A stretch of 64,000 nt of DNA from Planctomycetota bacterium (GTDB lineage Bacteria; Planctomycetota; UBA1135; UBA2386), in NCBI GenBank assembly GCA_947501605.1, contig CANMWZ010000015.1, positions 1 through 64,000 on the forward strand, given 5' to 3'. The translations under genes and the position numbers were made by a program. Positions 33,259 through 41,776 of this stretch are shown one piece after another. Within the stretch, counting starts at the first letter, position 1. Each line of letters opens with the position of its first letter. The notes under the pieces were generated by a model, which was given only the letters and a program-made list of their open reading frames with translations, was not told the DNA's origin and did not search any database.

Positions 33259-34203
33259 TCACTTGGCGTAGCGCCAAGCACCCTTCTGCAAGAACGCGAG
33301 CCACACCTCAGCGGACCAACTCGGCAGCGGGCCCTTGACGATCGGTTCCGGCCTGCCGGCCAGCGCCACCAGCGCCGCCTCCGCACTGGCCCGCTGCACT
33401 TCGTCGTCGGTCTGCAGCAGGTGCCACAACACCAGCGTGTCGCGTGGCATGCGGCAGGTGGCGACCAGGTCCACTGCAAGCTTGGTATCGAGATCCACGC
33501 CTTTGGCGGCGTAGGCGGCAGCTCGATTCACCATCTTGCGCAGCTCGTCGGTGGCGTCGCCAAACAGCGGCAGCGAAGGCCCGGCCAGCGAGAGTCGCAC
33601 CGCGGCGCCCGCCGGTACGACAACGGTACGAGCCTCAGACCCAACGCGGCCAAGACCGTCGTGCACGCGCAGCTCCCCGGTGTGCGTCCCGGGATCCATC
33701 GACAGTTCGCCAAAGCACCGCCGCGCCTGCTCCTCGACCGCAACTTCGCCAAGCTCGGTCTCCACGACTACGAAGGCTGCGCCTTGTCGCGCCGTCTCGT
33801 CAATCTCGACCACGCACGTGCCGCGACGAAGGCGCACGCGCAACTCATCGTCGCGCCAATGGACGAACTCGAGCTCGGCGCCGCCTTGCAACACGACTTG
33901 CCCGAACGGCTCGAGCGGCAGCGTCAGCGATTCCTGCTGCGCCACGAACGTGCGCGAGGAGGAGCCGCGCTGCAGCTTGGTCGCGCGCGACAGCGCCAGC
34001 GCCATCGCGAGCGAGACGAGCATGGCCGCAGCGAGCCACAGCCATGGGCGCAGAGTCGCACGGTGCGACGCGTCCGGCCCGAGCCGTTCGAGCGGCAGCT
34101 CGCAGCCGTCGTGGGCGAGCGGTGACAGCAGATGCTCGAGCGCCACGATCTCGGGATCGGGCGTGCCGGCTCCAAGGAAGAGGTAGTCTTCGTGCTCGTT
34201 CAC
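33259..34203 (-). CDS. FecR-like anti-sigma factor
   Basis: Start overlaps the ECF stop (GTGA); single TM (WLWLAAAMLVSLAMALAL); FecR-like VRLRRG…FVVVETELGEV…LRVHDG. Confidence 0.7.
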   Translation of the reverse strand: MNEHEDYLFLGAGTPDPEIVALEHLLSPLAHDGCELPLERLGPDASHRATLRPWLWLAAAMLVSLAMALALSRATKLQRGSSSRTFVAQQESLTLPLEPFGQVVLQGGAELEFVHWRDDELRVRLRRGTCVVEIDETARQGAAFVVVETELGEVAVEEQARRCFGELSMDPGTHTGELRVHDGLGRVGSEARTVVVPAGAAVRLSLAGPSLPLFGDATDELRKMVNRAAAYAAKGVDLDTKLAVDLVATCRMPRDTLVLWHLLQTDDEVQRASAEAALVALAGRPEPIVKGPLPSWSAEVWLAFLQKGAWRYAK

Positions 34204-34766
34204 GGTAGACCTGCCTCTGCCAGCAAGGGCCGCAACTGCGCCATGCCGCGCACCAAGTTGACGCGCACGGACCCATGCGTGAGACCGGTGCGGGCAGCGA
34301 TCTCGGGACCTGAGAGGCCCTCGACGAGGCGCAGGGTCAGAGTCTCGCGATAGGCCTCGGGGAGCCTTCGGATGCAGGCCAGTGCGCGGGCGGCGGCGGC
34401 GCGCACGGCAAACGCGTCACCCGGTGCATGCTCACGGCCGACCGGTTCGTCGAGCGGCATCGGCTGCGGCCGTTGCTGTCGCGCTCTTAGGCGATCGATG
34501 GCCGCACGTCGCGCCGTGGTGCAGAGCCAGCCAGCGAAGGCACGAGGATCGCGCACTTCGGTCAATCGTTGGAATGCTTGCACGAACACGTCCTGCACAA
34601 GGTCGTCGGCGTCGTCCTCGCCGCACGTCGCGAGCGCGATGCCGTGCACCGTCCGGGCGAACTCGCGGTACAGCACCGCGAACGCCGCGCGGTCGCCCGC
34701 TTGTGCGCGCTGCACGAGTTCTGCGGTGCCAGGGCTTCCCGGCGAGTGCGCGGCGACGTTGGGCAC
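34200..34766 (-). CDS. ECF RNA polymerase sigma factor
   Basis: LVQRAQAGDRAAFAVLY, DDLVQDVF, FAGWL, LPEAYRETLTLR.VEGLSGPEIA. Confidence 0.92.
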   Translation of the reverse strand: MPNVAAHSPGSPGTAELVQRAQAGDRAAFAVLYREFARTVHGIALATCGEDDADDLVQDVFVQAFQRLTEVRDPRAFAGWLCTTARRAAIDRLRARQQRPQPMPLDEPVGREHAPGDAFAVRAAAARALACIRRLPEAYRETLTLRLVEGLSGPEIAARTGLTHGSVRVNLVRGMAQLRPLLAEAGLP

Positions 34767-35146
34767 GTGAGTGCGAAGATACTCGTCACAGCGGAGGCAA
34801 GGCGAGCAGCAGCTCGGCTGCTCGACGCAGCTTGCAGCGTGAGGGGGATCGAGTCGGAATCGGGCTCATGCCGAACCAGACGGCGGCGATCCCGCCAGTG
34901 TTAGCACCGAGTAGACACCGAGTGCCTGACGAAGCGGTGCCGGCAGCGAGCCCGACCTCGGCGGCCTCGGCGGCCGTGCGGTCAACCTCTGCTGCAGGAG
35001 CCCAAGCGCGCGGTGCTTGGCCGCCCTGGTGACGAGGACCCCGCGGCGGCGGCGCCGGAGAGCCAGCACCCGAGTCAAATCGACTCGAGCACTTCAGCCG
35101 CTGGGATTCTTGCGTACTCTCGGCGGGCTCCCGGAGATTCCCCCAC

Positions 35147-35680
35147 GTGTCACGCATCGATGAGACCGCGAGCCCCCAGGCTCGAGCCGACACCACCGGC
35201 GACGCGGCCTTTGCCTTCGTACATCGGCACCAACGCGGCCTTTGGCGCTTCCTGCGCGCTTGCGGCTGCCCCGCACATGCCGCCGACGAAGTGGCGCAAG
35301 ATGCCCTGCTGCTCGCACTCGAGCGGAACGTCGACGATGACGCCGCGCCAGGCTACTTGCGGCAGGCCGCGAAGTTCTTGTGGCTACGCCGAGTGCGGGA
35401 CGAGGGTCGCTCGCACGCGCGCTGGCTCGACGCGGCCGAACAGCTGTGGCAGCAAGACTGCGCCACGGACGCCGGCGACGGGCTCATCGCGGCGCTGCGG
35501 ACCTGCCTCGACGTGCTACCGCCGCGCTCGCGCCTCGCGCTCCAGCGCGTCTACGCCGAAGGCACGAGTCGTGAGACCCTCGCCGCGGAACTTGGCATTG
35601 GCGAGCACGGCGCCAGAACTCTGCTGCAGCGCATCCGCGCCGCGCTCCGTGATTGCATCGAACGACGGCTCGCACCATGA
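35147..35680 (+). CDS. ECF RNA polymerase sigma factor
   Basis: LWRFLRACG…ADEVAQD, LRTCLDVLPPRSR.AL…Y…LAAELG…LQRIRAALRDCIE. Confidence 0.85.
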   Translation: MSRIDETASPQARADTTGDAAFAFVHRHQRGLWRFLRACGCPAHAADEVAQDALLLALERNVDDDAAPGYLRQAAKFLWLRRVRDEGRSHARWLDAAEQLWQQDCATDAGDGLIAALRTCLDVLPPRSRLALQRVYAEGTSRETLAAELGIGEHGARTLLQRIRAALRDCIERRLAP

Positions 35681-37194
35681 CCGACGACGCAAGGGACACG
35701 CGATTGGACTGGGCACTGCGCGAGGCGCTCGGTGCCGAAGCACCGCCGGATCTCGCCCGCGTGACGGTCGCCAGATTTCGCGCAGGCGATGCCGCTCGCG
35801 TGCCGTCGGCAGCAGTGCCACGCCACACGCACTGGCAAGCGGTTGCGGCGCTGCTGCTCGCTTGCTTGGTGGTCGCGACCTTCGCGCTGTGGCCACGCCC
35901 AGCAGAGCCGGCAACGCCGGCGCAAGAACCCGAACCGGTCCAGGTCTACTCACGCGCCGACATCGACGCCTTGCCAGCAACCACGCTCGCTGTCAGTGCG
36001 GTTGGCCTCGACGACTCTGCCTTGTCGGCGCTGCTGCGACTGCGCGAACTACGGTTCCTCGAGATCCGGTACCCCGAAGCGATGGTGCTCGGCCTCGGCC
36101 TGAAGACCATGCCGCCGAAGCAACCACCGTGCATCACGGCCACGTGCTTCGACACGCTGGCGAAGTTGAGCAAGTTGCGCACGCTCCGGATTCGCGGCGC
36201 CCATGCGATCACCGAGGCGTTTCCGTTCGGCGGCAGCGGCGGCGGTCCCGAAGCCATCGCCAACGCCACGATCGGGCACCTCGAACGATTGCCGCTGCTC
36301 GAAGAACTGTGCCTCACTCACTTCGACGTGCCGGCCTACGCGCTCGCCGCGCTGTCTCGGCTCGCAGCACTTCGGCGCCTGGACCTGTCGGCCAACTACG
36401 GTGTCGATGCCGAGGTCGTGGTCGCGCTGTTGCGCTGTACGCGACTCCAGTCGCTCACCCTCGACGCCTGCATGGCGCTTCCCGGCACCGCGATCGCACG
36501 CCTCGCCGAACTACCGCACCTCGAACACCTCGCCGTCGCCAACATCGATGGCATGTCGTGGCGAAGCGGCGGTGGCGACTTCTTGGGGCCGACGACCAAG
36601 GACTACGAAGCACAAGCGCACAGAGCCTATGACCTCGGCGGTTGCGGCGTCACCGATGCAGCGCTGACCGGCCTGTCGCGCGCGAAGTCCTTGCGCACCT
36701 TGTTGATGGCCGAGCCGAGTTGCTCGCTGCTTGGCGTGCGAGCACTGCGCGACTTCCAATCGCTCGAACGACTCGATCTCTTCGGCTTCGGCTCGAGCAC
36801 GACGGAAACCGACGTGCTGGCAGACTCCTTGCCGCCGCTGCTCATGCTCTCCGCATGCGGCGAATTCGACGACTCCTTCTGCAACAAGCTGCGCCGGCGC
36901 CAACCGCGCCTCGAACACTTGGAGCTGCCTGCCTGCTACGCGATCACCGACCAAGGTCTCGCCCAGTTGCTGCGCATCGGCACCCTGCGGCATCTCGACA
37001 TTCGTCAATCGCGCGGTTTGTCTGCGGCAGCGATGCCACTACTCCTCGCCGCGACGCAACTCGAGTACCTCGACCTTCGCCACATCGACTGGGTCACCAA
37101 AGCGCACGTGCTCGAACTGCAACGCGCTCTGCCACGGCTGCGGACGTTGTTGGCCAACGTCGAGGGCCACGAAACCGAACCCAGCGGCCGCTGA
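35677..37194 (+). CDS. Membrane-anchored leucine-rich-repeat protein, putative anti-sigma factor
   Basis: ATGA overlap with the ECF; LDWALRE…APPDL N-terminus; one TM; repeated LxxLxL motifs such as LRRLDLSANYGV and LEHLELPACYAITDQGL. Confidence 0.8.
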   Translation: MTDDARDTRLDWALREALGAEAPPDLARVTVARFRAGDAARVPSAAVPRHTHWQAVAALLLACLVVATFALWPRPAEPATPAQEPEPVQVYSRADIDALPATTLAVSAVGLDDSALSALLRLRELRFLEIRYPEAMVLGLGLKTMPPKQPPCITATCFDTLAKLSKLRTLRIRGAHAITEAFPFGGSGGGPEAIANATIGHLERLPLLEELCLTHFDVPAYALAALSRLAALRRLDLSANYGVDAEVVVALLRCTRLQSLTLDACMALPGTAIARLAELPHLEHLAVANIDGMSWRSGGGDFLGPTTKDYEAQAHRAYDLGGCGVTDAALTGLSRAKSLRTLLMAEPSCSLLGVRALRDFQSLERLDLFGFGSSTTETDVLADSLPPLLMLSACGEFDDSFCNKLRRRQPRLEHLELPACYAITDQGLAQLLRIGTLRHLDIRQSRGLSAAAMPLLLAATQLEYLDLRHIDWVTKAHVLELQRALPRLRTLLANVEGHETEPSGR

Positions 37195-37230
37195 GGCGGT
37201 CGCCTGACGATGGCCGTGAGTGGGGACGAC

Positions 37231-37262
37231 GCCGACACGCCGACACGCCGACACGCCGACAC
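37231..37262. repeat. 8-bp tandem repeat x4
   Basis: gccgacac x4 between convergent genes. Confidence 0.9.
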
Positions 37263-37342
37263 GGAACCGACAAGAGCCGGACCCTGTAGCACCATGGTCG
37301 GCTGCTGCCGCGCGTCGACGAGCGCGAGCAAGGCGCGCACGA

Positions 37343-40012
37343 TCATTTCCAGCGATCGTCGGCGAAGTACCCCAACAAACTCTGCAAGCGCGCTTCGTCG
37401 AGGTTGGGGCCGGCCCGGCGAAGTCGATCGCGAGCTTCGCTGGCAAGCCGCCGTGCCTCCACGGCATCGCCAGACTGCAAGGCACTCTCCGCCAATCTCA
37501 TGCGCGCGCTCAGAGCACCGAACAGCGCTTCGGCATCGGCAGGACGCTGATCGAGCAGTGGATCACAGAACTCCAAGACCGCCCGCAGACACCGCAGCTG
37601 CAGCGCTGGATCCCCACGCCGTTCGGCCAGGAACGCCCGCATCAGCCAGAGCGAGCGCCCATTGATCATCGTGGCAGGTCGCTCGGGCGCGTCCCGCAGC
37701 AGTTGGTCCAGCAACTGCTGTTGGCGCGCCAGAAGCTGCTCTGCCGCGGCAAACTCGCGGTCTTCGATCGCGAAGTGGGCCATCCGATTGCAACCGTGCG
37801 CAAGGTCGTCGAGAGACCTGGGGTCGCAATGGCCGTCGTCGACGAGCCTCTCGAACAACGCCTGAGCCTTTCGGTAGCTGGCACGAGGCCGCTCTGGATC
37901 TCCTTCGTCCTTCTCCAGGTCGCCAAGTCGCACGAGGTCGGTCGCCAAGTCTCTGACTACCAGAGGATCCTCCGGGCGAGCCTGGGCCAGCCTCTGCCGG
38001 AGCAGCAGCGCCTGCTCGCGAAACGGCCGTGCGGCAGAACGCCGATCGGCCTGCACTTCAAGATTGCCGAGGGCGACCGCGAGATCCGCGCGCAGCGCCA
38101 AGTGGTCGGGATCATCCGGCGCGCGCTCGGCAAGGGACGCGAGTTCGGTGCCGATGCCGAGCAGAAGTTCGCGCCGCAGCGCGAAGGTTCCGATCGACTG
38201 CTCCAGCAGAAACACGCGCCGTGTCACCATCGTCAGCACGTCGCGCACCCGTTGCCGAGAGGCTCGCACCTCGGCATAGGACTGTACCATCACCGCGAGC
38301 GACGCGGCGGCGAGGAGTGCGATCAGCACCAGGGTTGCCATCCACGCCCGTCGTCGCCGAGCGAACAACCGTACGCGGTGCCACACCGTCGCGCTGTGCG
38401 CCTCCACGGTTTCGTGCGCCAGCACGCGACGCAGATCCTCGGCGAAGGCACTTGCCGAGCCGTAACGCTCCTCAGGATCCGTCGCCAACGCCTTGCTGAC
38501 GACGGCCTCGAGGTCGCCGCGAAAGCGCCCATCGACGTCGCCGAGCGGAACGGCGATCGCCTCCCGCCGCTGGGCAATCCGTTGCTGGAGTTCGCCATCG
38601 AAAGGCGGCATCGGCGGTTGGCCCGTGAGCAACTCGTAGCAGATCGCGCCAGTCGACCAGACATCGGAGCGAGTGTCGACGCACGCGCTGCCAACCGCCT
38701 GCTCCGGACTCATGTAGGCGAGTGTGCCCACGACCGCGCCCTGCAGAGTGCGCTCCGTATCGACTTCGGACCGCTGCAGCCGCGCCACGCCAAAGTCGAG
38801 GATGCAGACGCGCAGTGCGTCGTCGCCTTCGCGGATGACGACGTTTTGCGGCTTGAGGTCGCGATGGATCACGCCTTGTCGGTGCACGTACTCCACGGCG
38901 TCGAGGATCTGCAGCACCACCGCCAAGCACTGTCGCCAATCGGGCTTCGCCGCCGCGCGCCACTCATGCAACAGCAGACCGCGAACAAGCTCCGTGGCCA
39001 AGAACGGCACAGCGGTGCCCCCGACATCGGCGACGCCAGCCTCGAAGATCTGCAGTACGCCGGGATGCTGCAACCGCGCGAGTGCCTCGGCCTCGATCAC
39101 GAACCGGCGCATGCTGGCGGTCGAGACACTGCCGGTCTGCAGAAGTTTGAGCGCTACTTCGCGCCGGGGCTGCTCTTGCTCGGCGCGCAGCACCGTGCCG
39201 CTCGAGCCCTCGCCGATCTTGCCGAGCACGCGGTAGGAGCCAATGCGTTCGGGCAAGATGCAGGCAACGCGTGCTGCCGGTGCGGGGTGCTTTCGGGTCG
39301 CCTCAGCAGCCAGGAGCACGGCATCCTGCGCAAGCATCCGCTCGACCTCCGCCCGCACTGCCGGCCGCGAGCCGCACAGCGCTTCGAGCAGCGCCCCCCG
39401 CTGCTCGACCGGCAGCGCGATCGCCTGCTCGAAGATCGTCATCGCGCCGGGTGCCATGATCAGGTCCTCTCGGGATCTCCCAGCGAACTCCATCGCGCCA
39501 TCACCCACGCGCGCGCGCGCGCTGCGGAACTCGTCCTGCACCGTGCGTCGCGAAACGCCGAGCACCGCAGCGACTTCGTCCTCGGTCAGACCGCCGAAGA
39601 ACCGGAGGTTGAGCACCTCGGCGCGACGCGGACTCAGTTGTTCGAGCTCGACGAGCAGCGCGTCCACGTCGAGCAGCATCTCAGGCGGCAGCCCGCGAGC
39701 AGAGTCCAGCGTGTCGTCGTGGAGCGGGTCGAACTTGGCGCTGCGCTTTTGGCGCCCGCGAAATCGCGCGCGGTCGATCAGGATCCGCCGCATCGCGAAC
39801 GCGACGCCGCGCACGAACTCACGCGAGTCGCCGGCGAGCTTGCGTTCGCGCTGCAGCCGAAGGAACGCTTCATGCACGAGCACGGTGGCGTGAACGGAAC
39901 CGTTGCGCGGTTCGCGGGCGAGGATGTCGGCGGCGACGGTGCGAAGGTCGTCGTAAAGCAGGGACCAGAAGTGTTCCGAGTTTCGCGGCTCCGTCGTCAC
40001 GGCGAGGAGCAT
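37343..40012 (-). CDS. ECF sigma factor (TIGR02999-like) fused in frame to a Ser/Thr protein kinase with TM and TPR-like tail; the kinase has its own likely start at 39457
   Basis: LYDDLR…ATVLVHEAFLRL…LRFFGGLT.DEVA.VLGVS (ECF); VALK, HRDLKPQN, DFG and GTLAYMSPEQ (kinase). Confidence 0.85.
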   Translation of the reverse strand: MLLAVTTEPRNSEHFWSLLYDDLRTVAADILAREPRNGSVHATVLVHEAFLRLQRERKLAGDSREFVRGVAFAMRRILIDRARFRGRQKRSAKFDPLHDDTLDSARGLPPEMLLDVDALLVELEQLSPRRAEVLNLRFFGGLTEDEVAAVLGVSRRTVQDEFRSARARVGDGAMEFAGRSREDLIMAPGAMTIFEQAIALPVEQRGALLEALCGSRPAVRAEVERMLAQDAVLLAAEATRKHPAPAARVACILPERIGSYRVLGKIGEGSSGTVLRAEQEQPRREVALKLLQTGSVSTASMRRFVIEAEALARLQHPGVLQIFEAGVADVGGTAVPFLATELVRGLLLHEWRAAAKPDWRQCLAVVLQILDAVEYVHRQGVIHRDLKPQNVVIREGDDALRVCILDFGVARLQRSEVDTERTLQGAVVGTLAYMSPEQAVGSACVDTRSDVWSTGAICYELLTGQPPMPPFDGELQQRIAQRREAIAVPLGDVDGRFRGDLEAVVSKALATDPEERYGSASAFAEDLRRVLAHETVEAHSATVWHRVRLFARRRRAWMATLVLIALLAAASLAVMVQSYAEVRASRQRVRDVLTMVTRRVFLLEQSIGTFALRRELLLGIGTELASLAERAPDDPDHLALRADLAVALGNLEVQADRRSAARPFREQALLLRQRLAQARPEDPLVVRDLATDLVRLGDLEKDEGDPERPRASYRKAQALFERLVDDGHCDPRSLDDLAHGCNRMAHFAIEDREFAAAEQLLARQQQLLDQLLRDAPERPATMINGRSLWLMRAFLAERRGDPALQLRCLRAVLEFCDPLLDQRPADAEALFGALSARMRLAESALQSGDAVEARRLASEARDRLRRAGPNLDEARLQSLLGYFADDRWK
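39508..39522. repeat. (CG)7C dinucleotide tract at the ECF-kinase junction
   Basis: cgcgcgcgcgcgcgc (15 nt) within the last ECF helix. Confidence 0.9.
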
Positions 40013-40127
40013 AGCGAAGGCGGAGCAGAAGGGCGGCGGATGGTGGCCTCAAGGCGGCGCCGCGTCCTGATGCAAAGTCGTGTCCCTGGCCAGTTGGGAC
40101 CGGATCGCCCCCGCGTCGTAGATCCCC

Positions 40128-40802
40128 CTACTTGGTCTTCTGGACTACCTCGACCGCGTTGGCATCCCACTCTTCTTTCGCGTTCTCAGCGGTCAATCCG
40201 AAAGGCACGCGACTGACCAAGCCCCTGCGGGCTCCAAGAGGAAGCGTCGCCAGAATTGGGAAGTCCGACTTCTTGAACTCCAAGACGACCAGCTGCTCGA
40301 TCGAACCCAGCGCCTTCGACTTGGCAACGCCCTCCTTCAGCCTCGTGATGTTCGGTGAGTTGAGCAACAGAACTTCACCGTCCTTGGTCGCATCGTCCAC
40401 GAGCAGAAATTCCGCTCGAAGGCCGGACGTCGGTTCCACGAAAGTGTGATCAGCGCGAGCCTTGTCGTGCTGCACCGTAACAACGATCTCCACGATGGGA
40501 TCGCCATCGTGGATTCGGATCCGCTTTGGCTTGGGTCCCGGAATCCTGCTCGTCTGGGCCGGATCCTGCGCGGCAGTTGTGAGATGCGCATCCGTGAGAT
40601 GCACGGTGAGACACGAGGGCAAGGTAACGGCCACGAGACCGAGCAGGGCCAGCGCGCATACACGTGCCTGCCTGTGACGTGAGAGCTCTCGAAGTGCGTT
40701 CCCAATTGGCCTGCGAGCGCGGCCGAGCCACGCAGGTCGAGGGCAAGGAGCGAGTTCGCAGCGAGTTCCATAGCTTCCGCGGGGACCGCGCGATGACGCC
40801 AT
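40128..40802 (-). CDS. Hypothetical lipoprotein (paralog of 40859-41395); start uncertain
   Basis: Hydrophobic ALALLGLVAVTLPSC lipobox and sequence similarity to the upstream ORF. The nearest in-frame ATG is 40802, far from the signal peptide. Confidence 0.55.
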   Translation of the reverse strand: MASSRGPRGSYGTRCELAPCPRPAWLGRARRPIGNALRELSRHRQARVCALALLGLVAVTLPSCLTVHLTDAHLTTAAQDPAQTSRIPGPKPKRIRIHDGDPIVEIVVTVQHDKARADHTFVEPTSGLRAEFLLVDDATKDGEVLLLNSPNITRLKEGVAKSKALGSIEQLVVLEFKKSDFPILATLPLGARRGLVSRVPFGLTAENAKEEWDANAVEVVQKTK

Positions 40803-40858
40803 CGGTCGCTGGGGCCGGCCGCCGCCACCAGCGCTCGCGCCAACCAAGTCTTCGAAGC

Positions 40859-41395
40859 TCACAGGCAGTCTCCTGGCTTGAAGGCTGCCGGCTTGCGGCC
40901 GTTCGCCGCCCACTCCAGCGACCATGAGGCCTCGTCCGATCCGAACGCAGTACGGATCACCAGGATGTGGGGCATAGCCGGGTCGAAGGTGAAGTCGACA
41001 AAATCGGCCTTGGTGAAGCACAGCGTCGCGGTCGCGGGCTTCACTGCGGTGGCCTCGGCTAGCGTCGCGTTGAGGATCTCGCAGTGGGCCTCGGTCAGCA
41101 GGGCGAACCCGCACTTCTTTGTCTGCTCGTTCATGAGCACGCACTGCGACACCCACGGGCTCTTGGAGGTGACGAATTTGTGCCCTTCGCGGAGGGGGTC
41201 TTGCAGCAGTCGAACCTCGACCACGACCCGATCGTCCGCTGAGGTGAACCGCACCCCAATAGGCTCCGGACCAGGCGGGATACCCAGAGCATCAAAGCCC
41301 GGCGAGGAGGCCCGCTGGACGTACACGCTCGTGCACGAGGCCAGCAGAAGCAGAAATGCCGCCATGCAGAAACGCACGAGATGGATCCGAAGCAT
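40859..41395 (-). CDS. Hypothetical lipoprotein
   Basis: FLLLLASC lipobox; 178 aa. Confidence 0.65.
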   Translation of the reverse strand: MLRIHLVRFCMAAFLLLLASCTSVYVQRASSPGFDALGIPPGPEPIGVRFTSADDRVVVEVRLLQDPLREGHKFVTSKSPWVSQCVLMNEQTKKCGFALLTEAHCEILNATLAEATAVKPATATLCFTKADFVDFTFDPAMPHILVIRTAFGSDEASWSLEWAANGRKPAAFKPGDCL

Positions 41396-41736
41396 GAGAA
41401 TCCTGGACGGGTGGTGTTTGGCTAGCGAAGGCGCAGCCGCACATGCGCAGCGTGGAGTCCGCGCGCATGGGCTCGCGAGAGGATGACGATACCACGACGC
41501 GCGCCGCGCCGTCGAAACGCCACGCCGGCGTTCGGTCGATGTAGGTGCGGACGAACAGGATCGGGAGATGTGCGCGTCCGCCGGTGCGACCTAGACACTC
41601 GGGTTGGCAGAGTTACTACGGGCGGAAGTTCCGTGACGCACTCGCCGACAGCGATAGCAGAAGACGATGGGCAAACTGTCAGGCCGGATTTTGTGGCAGG
41701 CTGCGACGCGCGCGGTTCCCGACGTGCAGACGCGCA

Positions 41737-41764
41737 CCGAGTGCCGAGTGCCGAGTGCCAAGTG
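41737..41764. repeat. 7-bp tandem repeat
   Basis: ccgagtg x3 plus ccaagtg, just downstream of the kinase stop. Confidence 0.85.
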
Positions 41765-41776
41765 GAAGCCTCGCAT

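Noticed and set aside
41660..41720. GGGCAAAC as the start of a c-di-GMP-I riboswitch
   Set aside because: No GNRA-capped P2 stem or GACGCAAAGC follows, and no same-strand gene lies downstream.
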